A DNA stretch of 64,000 nucleotides from Owenia fusiformis. Its lineage: Eukaryota. The stretch lies in NCBI GenBank assembly GCA_903813345.2, contig CAIIXF020000001.1:19282001-19346000 (forward strand), written 5' to 3'. Within the stretch, counting starts at the first letter, position 1, and each line of letters opens with the position of its first letter. The position numbers were made by a program, and so were the translations under genes. Shown in pieces: positions 50,401 to 62,400 of this stretch. The notes beneath the pieces were generated by a model. That model was not told where the DNA came from. It made no database searches and was given only the letters and a program-made list of their open reading frames with translations.

Positions 50401-53400
50401 GGCTGGACCCTCTGCCATAGTCAGGGAGGACCAGGACTTGAGCTGTTGCTCCTACTGCCTTGAGGGATTCCGTGATGAGCCCCTGAAGATTATGAAAATG
50501 CCTTTTTAGATACCTGATTTTGAAACTGAAGTGAAAAACTACATTTATAAGCAGATTTATTTGAAGACATGAAGTTTATTTTCATTTATTTCCTTAAAGG
50601 AAATGCCTTCCAAACAAGAGGATGGGTATATTGAAATATAGGTCAAGGTTTTAAAAGTACCAAGATTTTTTGTGGATATGAATCAAATAAATGAGTGTCC
50701 CTTTTACAGCTCCTTTGAGAAGTAAAAGAGAAGCATATACATGTATCTCACCTTTAGAATCACTGATGCATCATTTTGTCGAGTCTGGGATTCATTTGCA
50801 AGTAGAATCTGCGCCAGGGCTAATTGGACAGGTGAAGGTACCTCTAGAAAAGTGATTTGTGACATCATCAACATGTTGCCTAGGTGATATAGGAAGCTTT
50901 GTCCAAGATGAACCAATGATGCAAATGTCTCCAAGCCTAATATCTATAAAATAATATAAATGAAATGTCAAAAATGGCACAACCACTGTGAATTACTTCA
51001 TAATGAAATGAACATTCCAAAGATACATCTGTTATATTTGTTGACTATAAGGTATGAGGTCTTATGATACAAATGCTGTGTATACACTGTATATTAATCT
51101 ATGAATTGAATCTAGAAAATGTGTGAATTTATTTGGGGTGCCTCACCTGGTATTTGAAGAGCTCTGGTAGGTCAGTCAACTGTTTCACCATGTATGGAGT
51201 AAGGTCACTCAGTAACAAAAGTTCATTATCAACACTTACACTCGACATGACACTCCTGGAGAAATACAAGGTCATATTTAAATTTATTTCTACTTATTTC
51301 TTTTAACCCATGTCCTATTATGACAACATACATGTAATTGATTGAATTGGTATATCATTCTTCAAACACTGACAAAAACTACTCAAAAATTTGGGCTTGT
51401 TAATTTTGAAACTTTAATATCCTTTTTACAAACCCCTCTCTCACTTTTATATTCAGCAAAATTGACCAATGACCTCACATGCAAAACAAATTTTTGAAAA
51501 TTCTAAGTTTCCCCAAAGCACATCATTGCTTAGTATAAATAGAAGATAGGGGGTGGTATTACCTTAGTTCCTTTGCCCTGGAATAAGCAGCTGGGGCAAC
51601 TACAGATACAACAGTAGACTTCGGATATTTGTGAGCAATCTTGAAACCCAGTAGACTCTCCTCACCTCGACCTACATAAATATTCAATTATAGATTCAGA
51701 TGTTAAATATAAATATGGCTTGGAAACCATGAGGGAAGTTTATATCAACTTATCAATTTTGTTGAAATTTATTGTTTAATATGGTATAAAATTATTTTTG
51801 GTCTTCAAATAAAATGATAACCAAATGACGTATAAAAACACAATTCCACTTAATTCATTATTATCAAGTGACAATAATGTAACTAAATACTGAATGTAAT
51901 TAATCACTAAATGACTGCATTTAATTGCACCCAACACATACAAAGAACAACCAGACAAAGTATCAACAAGTTAATAATCCATATCATATTCATTCAACTG
52001 GGTCTACCTTTATGTAATAAATACCATGATGAACTTACCATAAGTGAATAGACTGAAGTAATCCATATGAGAGTCATGATGCTGGAATTCAGACTTGAGT
52101 ACTTTCCACATGATGTTATAGCGACTTTCAGCCTCATTTTGAGATCCAAATCTAACATACACATGGGGTATCGTTGCAGCCTGTAATTCCAATACAAAAT
52201 TTCATTTTATTTTTACAAATATTCCTCTGATTGAAAAAGTTTTTATAAACATTCATACAATTTTCAGGTTGGTTTAGTAAACCAAATTAACACTTATTTG
52301 TACATCATAACACTACACAAGCTTACAGTCTTGCATAAGTTATTCATTTCTCCTTGAACTACCTTAATTTATTAGTACCATCTATCAGTACTTTGATATA
52401 CTTTCAAATTCATTTTAGTTTAAATTAGTGTTTTTTTACCTAAATATTTAGTTATGGATTTTATTTTATCAATCTTACCCATTTTCAAATTTTGGACAAA
52501 TATATAAATAGCAATATCAAATAAAATAAAATGATACCACAATTATACATAAATGTATATAGTAATATGAAATAGAGATGGAAAAGAAAGGCCAAAGTAA
52601 GACCCAATCTCTCTGAATCTCTTAATTCAAACAAAACTTAAACTAATCAAAATCCTGCTAACCCGGTGCATTAGAATAAACATCAAGCAGTTAGGTTACA
52701 TAAGCTATCATTGAGAAAAAACTAATAGCTATATTATGGGAAGACCAGATCCAAAAATATGTGTGTATAATGTAATAAAAGTAAAACTTGCAACCTTTAA
52801 AGTCATTTTTGGCATCCATTGACTGATACACTAAATATATACAGTGTCACATCAAGAGCTCAGTGTCACATCAAATGTTGAAAGTGTCACACCAAGGGAT
52901 CAGTGTCACACCAAGTGTTCAAAGTCTCATCAAGTTTTCAGTGTCACACCAAGGGATCAGTGCCACACCAAGGTCTTGGTGTCACACCAAGTGTTCAAAG
53001 TCTAATCAAGCTTTCAGTGTCACACCAAGGTCTCAGTGTCACACTAATGCTTCAGAGTCATACACAGTTCAATGCCACATAAATAGTTCGGCATACAATT
53101 TAGGCTAATTACCTAACCTCAATTCAAATTTAATGACTGATCGACAAGTATGCTCATACTTATCGACAAGTATGCTCATACTTATCTTCTATAGAACATG
53201 CATAATATATGTAAGGCTTTTGCAAGTTAATATCTGTTTCAAATTTCTTAACCTATGTCCCCAAAAACAACACCCCACTCGAATCAATAATGGATCTTTA
53301 CTTAAAACATAGATCTCAAAAATTCCAATATTGATGGAAATATGATATCAATGATGTTAAATATGGAACTCACCTGCATGTTTTTATTGTAATATAATTA

Positions 53401-56400
53401 TTTGTAAAAGTAGAAAATAAAATAAATTCCCTTTTAAATAAACCAAATAAAAAGCCCCAACAGGTCATATTTATGAAAAAAATACAAGAATCAGAACCAG
53501 ATACTTAAGTTGCCTTAGCCTTAATTTAAACAAATCCAAGAATCCTGTTGCACCATTACATATTACATAGGCATAAATATAAGTGGTCATGTAGAGTAGA
53601 TATATTGTTGTGTTAAGATTTTCAAATGGAACCCAGCCTCATCCATAAACAAGGCATTAACATGCAAAATGCCACCACCTGCCATTTGTTACAGGTGCCA
53701 ACCACTGAATGCTGAATGCCAAATTCCAACAATCAAACACAGTCCACAAAAAAATTGGAGACCATAACAATATGTCACTACTTGTGGTGGTGACATAAAA
53801 ATTAAAAATCAAATAAATGTTATCCATTTAAAACTGGTAGCTTTGTATAAAATGTAAGTAAGACATAAATTTACAAAATGCAGATCCTAATGGCCGGCCA
53901 CTTATAAATATCCCTAGATTTCATTCCTGTGCCTTTGTAAATAATACATTAAATGTTAGAATACATTAAGTGCCCTGTCCCTTATCCCTCTACATTCATT
54001 ATCATTATAACATAATAAAAAAGCAGTTCTGGTATGAGAGTTGTTAATTAAAATGTATAGTCAAAAATGTTAAAAAAGCGACACACTGCATACTCCACGG
54101 TGTCCCGAAAGTATGGCCCCCCCATAGGCAGACATATACCAATGTCTCCATAGTATGTGTCACATATCCTTTTAAAGCTCATCCAAAGTTACATTGATTT
54201 ACCAAGTATCATGCCTGTAACTTTTTCCCATTTGTGAGTTGAACCATGATACTTGGCAAATCAATGTAACTTTGGATAAGCTTTAAAATGAAATATGACA
54301 CGTACTATGGAGACATCGGTATATGTCTGCCTAGGGGGGCCCAAATACTTTCGGGACACCCTGTACAACTTATAAGATAGTCCCAAAACTGTGCTGTTGG
54401 TATTTTACAATGCACTTTTTATTTAAGAAGAACCATGCTAAACCTAATCTAGCTCAGAGGCATCACGATCATTGCCATAATTAAACAGGGCCATTTACTT
54501 ACATGAGTGGATGAGTGGAATATATACTGTAGTTATCTTTTTAACTGATTCTAGGGAGGCTATAAATTAGTAAATTGTATTAGTATTTAGTAAATGTTTC
54601 ACACTATGTATAATACCTAAAAATATATAACTACATTCAAGTACACATCAAGATATCTCAAGAAATATTAGTTATGAATGAAAAACCTGTCTACAGTGAA
54701 CACATACTTGAGACAGGTCAAGAATATTCATGTCAAGAGTTTTTGAAATGAAGTCCAAACAAAAAGATAAGAAGTATTATGGTGTTCACTGAAGAGAGGT
54801 TTTACTGCGTTACAGTATAGTACTTAGTTGTGTGTGTTTACATATTTGCTGACCTCATTTTCTGGCTCCTCATCTTCATCATCATCGTCAGCCTCATCAT
54901 CATCATCCTCATCATCAACAGTCATCTTTGACTCTTCAACATTATCTCTTGACCTCAGAAATGGAGGGGTTGGAGGGGGTGGGTTCTCCTTTGATTTGCC
55001 TTGGCCAGCTGGAGAGTCCTCAGTCTGGGGCTGTCTCACCTCCTCTCTACCAGGATCTTCAACATAGACAGATACAATGAGTAACTTATATTTCATATAA
55101 ATGTTTTATAAATTGATGTAAGTTTAAAACAAAAATAAGGTAAACATGGTATACAGGGTGTCCCGAAAGTATGCCCCCCCCTAGGCAGACATATTCCAAT
55201 GTCCTCATAGTATGTGTTATATATCATTTTAAAGCTTATCCAAAGTTACAATGATTTGCCAAGTATCATGGTTTAACTCCGAAATGGGAAAAAGTTACAG
55301 TCATTTTTAAAGTTAGTGTTTTGTCAAAATAAAGTTCAATTTTACACCACATCACTAGTCAATGAGTCCCCCCTTGGCCATGCTCACAGCAGCGATTATT
55401 TTCAGATATGACCTTAAAAGCCCTTCAAATAGGAGTGTGGAATTTTATAACCCTCTTAAAACCTGTTAAGGAACTTTAGAAGAGTTTCCTTAGAGTTTCT
55501 ACCCTCACTGTTCTCTTTTTCCAACTCAATATCCATCCAACCCTGTAGTTAAAATGGCCCGGGAGGACACATTGACTATTGATTTAGTGTAAAATTAAAC
55601 TTAATTTTGACCAAACACTAAATTTTGAAATGCCTGTAATTTTTTCACATTTGAGAGTTGAACCATGATACTTGGCGAATCAATGTAACTTTGGATAAGC
55701 TTTAAAATGATATATGACACATACTATGACGACACTGGTATATGTTTGCCTAGGGTAGATATTTACAGGTAATGATTGATACCCAGAACATGTTTGATTA
55801 ATTGATAAATAAACATATTCAAATAATGTATTGAATTCTAAAATAGAATATTTGAGTGATTGGTGGTGACAATTTATTTAGAGTCTTGCTAACTGTCTCC
55901 AGTACATATATTCTAAAGTATTAATATAATATACAAGTGGTAGTTTAGGGAGGGTAGCAAAAGGTCTTCAATCAAAAAGATAAATCAATAATTCCCCACA
56001 TACAAAAAATATTTTACTCCAGAAAGTAATATGAGATAGTTTAGCCTGAACACCATTAGCTTAAAAGACATAATAAGAAAAAAAAGAATTACCAAAACCA
56101 TACTGTTGGAATACACATCTGAAAGGGCTACATGATTTAAGAATAATGGTGGATATTTTCATGTGAAGTAAGGTAAAGTCCAATAGAGTAAGTGAATAAC
56201 AGAAGGTTGAATAAAATAAAGTCAAGTAAAGAGTCCACAGAAATGCCCCTAGAAGTACATGTAATTAAAGGGAGTTAATATTCATAAACACGAAAACATA
56301 GGGTCAATATTACATTGATGTACTACATGTATTCTTATGTTGCTACACAGAATACCTTTGAAACACCCACACAGAGTAAAGTCAAATAGCTGAAACAGAA

Positions 56401-59400
56401 ATATATGTTAGTTATCACGAAAGAAGAAAGATCTGTTAATACTGTGCTATAAAGTTTGAACACATAATGTGAGGATTATATTCATCTTTGCTCTCACTGT
56501 CTTCAACATTATCATTATCATCCTCCTGTGCATCATAATATTCATCATTTTTGTTTTTGTCATCATCATCTTCATCATTTTCATTTTTGTCATCATCATC
56601 TTCATCATTTTCACGCAAGTCATCTTTTGCTATGAAGCCATGGTGCACCATGTCAATTGCATTTTCTACATTTGCTGGGGAGTTCTGGTGATCAACTTTG
56701 ATTATTCCTAATTCAAAATAAATAGTATACTGCTCATAAATAAATATGTTACAATGTAGATAAACCAAGAACTTCCTCTTCAACTTTTCAGTTGCTCTTT
56801 TCCAAACCCATTAATCATTTCAAGACAATGATTACAGTCCCCAGGATATACCTTAATTTCAAAACCTCCCAAATACTACTGGGCCACCATGTTTTACATG
56901 CAAATACTAGAATATAGTATAAGGGTGTGATATAATTATCAACCCAGAAGCCAGTGGACAGCGACCTAAGATTTTTGCAACCTGATATTTTCAGGATTTA
57001 TAAGGAAACTTAAATTTCACTCAATTTCAAATAAGTTTTATATCCTGTAAAAATGTAATGAAAAATACTGAGAATTGAAAAGTTATCAAAAAAAGAGGGA
57101 ATGACTTGTTCTGTCCCAGCTACTATATAAATACTTACTTTGCCCTTCTCCTTGCAATCCTTTGGTTTTAGAATTTTGATCAACTCTTGGTTTGGTTTTA
57201 AACTTAAAGTGTTGAGTGTGTGAGGCTATTTCTTGTTTGTTGGGATCTGCAGGCTCTAGAAAAGGAACAAAGAAAACCTCATTAAAAATATGTGTATGTA
57301 GAAACCGTGTTTATAACTACATGTACATCATAACACGTTGGTACTATGACCACATCTAATAGGGAACTTTACTGAGATAACATATTTGTTTCCTCAAATA
57401 AAGTCTATGATTTTTCAGTTCATCTTAAATGGGATCAAAAATATGTCCAAATATGCAGTGTGAGGAGATGGAGAGCCATTACTTAAATTTTTGTTGTTTC
57501 CTATTTAAGAAAATTAATCAGTCATTATGACTTTTTAAGTAACGAGCCCCTGATTACCTTCAGATCTAAGTTTTTCTAGTTGTTTCTTATAGCGCTGTAG
57601 TCTTGCTTGATAACGTTTCTCAAACTCTTCCTGGTCAATATCAAGTAGCCTCCGCTGGAAGAGATCAATACAAAACATATATGTGGGAGGGGGATATGTA
57701 AAATGGGCACTTTGGCCAGAATTAAAAACTGAGAATTTTGCATCCACTTGAGAAAAAAATCTCAACATTAATAATGATCTATAGTTACATCCTCTTATAT
57801 TTACATCTGAATTTTATTTTCAGTTTTGATGCTCACAATACCTTAATAATCTCAATTGTAAATTTTATGGACTTTGGGAAATGTGAAATTATGCTGGCTA
57901 TTCAAAAGCAGAAAATAGAGAGTAATTTTCTAGCTAAATATTCTGATTGAATACAGGTGATATAATATAGGTTTATACAGGTGATATAATATAGGTTTAG
58001 ATAATACAGATAAAGATAAAATACATATTTCTGATACAAAGAGGGAAGACAAAACCAAGTACTTGCTTGGTTTATTGATTTATAAAAACAATTTTTATAA
58101 AAGACAAGAAAGTATCATATCATATCTTACCATTGTATTTCCAGGTTCGATGTCTATGTGGTCTAAACTAGCGTCAACTCTTTTACTAGGGTTCAAATTT
58201 TTATGAGTATGATTATTCTTTTTCCTAGATTTATCTTTGGATGTTGTTCCTTTGGCAAAGCGTTTCCTAGAACGAGATCCCTTAACTAAAGGGGGTTGTA
58301 TTCGTTCTTGCTGTTGTTTCACAGCGCCATCTGGTGGAATGATTTTCTTTGTTGTCGTTTTTAATTTTCTAGGATCTATTTCCTGCTTGAACACCTGGTT
58401 ATTTCCATTTATACCCTTGTCACTTTCTTTATTATAATTTTGTGCTTTAACATCATCAAACTTAAGTTTGTTATCCTCTTCAATATTGCCATATTTATGT
58501 AATGGGTATTGTTTGACTGGAATGTCAAGAGCTTCAATGCGATTTCCATCTTTCATATTGAATTGCCACTTATAGCCAGTTCTAGCCTGATCCTTATGAA
58601 TGGAGTCAATGTTAGCTTTCCCATTGAGAACAACCATTGCCTTTCGGACTTCTTTCTCATCTGTACGTGGGACGGCATCATAGTTAATACTAGCCTGAAA
58701 TGGAAGTTACCTTTCTAAAGTATATACATGGCCTGAATTGTTTTTAATGTGAACACAGAACTTAAATTATAAATTATTTTCTGATTAAATGTCTACAATT
58801 CATTGTCACCCATTTCTGAGCATGATGAATCAACAATTTCAGCTATTAACTGTTCATTTTTATTTTGAGGTTTAATTGCTCCATCTATCCATACAGCAAG
58901 TGTTTATACACGATATACGATATAGAAAAACACTGTATTGAGATAATTAATACTAGCCAATATTCAATAATTTTGTCAACAAGTAGAAATGCAGATTACA
59001 ACCTAAAAGATATTCAAGTCCTATTGTTTATTTAAATTAAATCAAGAAATATAAATTTCCTTTAAACATACTTTAATCTTCTCATCTTCCTCTCCACCTA
59101 TTGTGTCAAAATCCTTTCCATCATCAGAATTTTCAACAACCTTTTCTCTGTTCCAAGTCTCCTCCATTTTCTTCAACTGTGTTGCTTCATCATACTTGGG
59201 GCTCAGCTCAGTGCTTCTTCCAACTTTTTGATTCTTAGCTGCTTCACGTGGCTTGTCTACAAGAGAATAATGATACTTTGGTTAGTATTCGTACAGTATT
59301 ATATCAAATATGGGCTCAGGGCCTATTACATTAACTCATTTGTATAGTAGGTTGACGAGAAGGACCTGAATTTAAGACAATCAATTTCTGTCACAAAACT

Positions 59401-62400
59401 TCTTCGTTAAGTTAATTTCAGTCTGGAAATCACAATTTATTTCAAAAAAATTATAAACTAAAAGAGTCAATATATCCATTGTTTTCATTCATATATATGA
59501 TATAGGTGCACAAGGCAGACAGTCTTAATTATTCAATTTCACCATACAATGAACATTATTCTTATTGGGGTTTGATACCTATAATGACTTGTAACTTACC
59601 AAAAGACATGCGATTTAGATTCTTTGAAAGAAGCTGGACTTTGTTTAGATCTGGTATTTGTCTCTCAACATCATCATATTTATCGTCACCGACGAAGCTA
59701 GACTGTAATAGATGTTTATGCAAAATGTTACCACCTGCAATTTGTTATAGATGCTGACCGCCAAACACCAACCACCGAACACCAACCACTTGCGGTAGTG
59801 ACATAGCATGGTGATATTTTGGACAAAAAGCTATTTCTTAATTTTTGATAAGACATGTAATACACATGCATGTTAACCTTAAGCTGTTCATATCATGAAA
59901 GGTATAATGTGAGAAATATGTGTTGCTTTGTATGTACATATTGCTATTAAAGTAATGAAATAAACAACATATTGTTATTATCATTGTGAAACAGAAATGT
60001 ATAAAATTGAATAGTATACAAAATTGGATGTAACATAAAAACCTTCACAGGTACCACAATAAATATATCAATTCAATCTAATTAATCTTATCTCATATCA
60101 TCTGTTGAGTATATGGAGCTCTTACGTAGTCATAAAAAAATTTCCCAACCTCAACAACAGACCAAGTTTTTTGATAATTGTTTTGTTGAATTTCCTAATT
60201 TCTCAAACAGTATACATGGTATTGATACAATAAATAATATGCTGGTGGTGATTAACAGAAACTTCATAAAGTTACGAAATCGTAAATCAATAATTGTAAC
60301 CATGGATATAATGATGTCATAGTTAGAGAACAATGGACTTAAAGAATTCCAAACTTAACGGAAATTTCTTTTAATGGTCTCCTGATGAACAAATGAATAT
60401 CCTGTGATGATTAATTAATCATTAAAAAACTAATAATCTACATGTACAGTATATGTTTAAACAGACGTGCTCCTACAATATTTTCTAATAATTTATATAA
60501 CCACAAACATTTCATTTGCATCTATTTATGTTTCTCATCATGACAATCTATTTATTCAGATTATATTCAAGAGGATATGAAAAGAATGATTGGTAATTGT
60601 ATTCAAACTGATGTTGACTTTCTACATTGTCTAAAATGAAGGTGCCCAATGACTTTGACATTTTTATTATTTATTATAATGTCTGTATTTTCTGAGCTCG
60701 ATGGAATACTCAATTTTCAATGCCACCCATCTAGCTTTTTAAGCTGATGAAAATATTGATGTTTTTAGGTATGTTTTTTACGTCATTCCATAATACAACC
60801 CATACTTAAACCCATAATAGTAACATTCCCATAATACCACGGTTACCACCCATGATAACGATCCCATAATACAACCCTATTTGATGAACCTTTGCACTCA
60901 TATAATTTACTGCGTTTGCTAGATACAACATTACTATGGGCACTCACTGAAACATTACAACTATGCCACAGTTACCACGGCTTAGAATTTGTAATTTTGC
61001 TTTAGCCACATTGATGTGGGGTAACGGAACTTAATTCTGGAATTACCAGAATTAATACTTGCTAATTGTGATTAAAATGTTCCTCTTGTCGTTCCTATTC
61101 CTATTTACCAGATGTTTACATAAATAACATTTTTCCTGCTTTCTATGCATGAACTGTACAATGTTAATTCTACATGTAATTTGTATGACTTTGTTCTTCA
61201 TAATTTCTCCCCAATTCGTTCTATTTCACTCATAAAAACAATGAAACTGCCACAATGTTTTATGTAGGGGTTATTTGTACAGGTGATGCAACCTCACAAT
61301 GAACCACACGGATCCAGCTACCACAACATATGTATTTTATGCAGATGTCATATGATATAAGTGAGCAACAACAGCACAGTCCTACAATCCAGCAGATGAG
61401 ATAAGTTAAAAATGAGATTCAATGAGATGACACTTTCATATATTCTGGTGGTTTTAATTTTGGCCACATCAACTGATGGAAAGAAACGATGTATCAAGCA
61501 CCCAACAGCAACATGCCGAACAAGTAGGGATTGTCCAAACACATACAAGTGCAATAGAGGAACAAACACATGTTGTAGGGATAGGAAATATCCAGAAGAT
61601 TGCAAGACTCTAATTGATGACTCAACTAATGCCCCATACAAATGCAGAGGAGGGGGAAGTAAGAGATGTCAAGATTTCGGTGACTATGTTTGTATCGTAG
61701 ATCCCTCTGGTAGGAATCTTTACTCCCTGTGTTGTGAGGATGCTGTCTGTTTTGATGATGGTAAGATGCACAGAAAGTACCAAGGTGAATGGACAAAGCC
61801 GGATGGTTGCACTACATGTACCTGTGAATCAAAGAACAACCCAAAATGTGATAGCTCAAAATGTCAAAACAAATGTGGTATGTAATTTTCATTCTGAATA
61901 CCAATATTAATATGTCAATATTTTATAATTAATTTTGTGGTTCGGTGAAGTTTAACTCTTAGTTTGATTCACTATTTTAGCTGTATATTTGCTATACATT
62001 TATATTAATTTGTATTATTTATATATTTGTATTAGTGTATATTTCTAAAATATAAAACAAAGTGTTAATTGGAGTGTAAATCTAAAATCTTTTTCATTGT
62101 AGGCGAATTTTCTAAATCTTCTCCATGCCCCACATCTTTTGGTGTCAAAACATGCGGTAGCAAGATCCAGATAAGAAAATGTACAAATCCCAAAAATGAC
62201 TTGCAATTACAACGCAATACTGAACTGAACATTGATAACTGTCCTCCTGAGTCCCCTGCCCAATGTCCACAACCAGGGGTTGCTAGAACTGAAAAAGCTC
62301 AAATCATTCTAGGTGGAAATGAGGTGACTCCACCATTCAATTATCGATGGATGGCTATATTTTTGGATAATAAGGGAAATCTTCATTGTGCCGGCACGGT

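Noticed and set aside
54828-56711. Plus-strand poly-Ser and Ile/Phe-rich hydrophobic ORFs
   Set aside because: They are antisense shadows of Asp/Glu-rich exons of the minus-strand gene.
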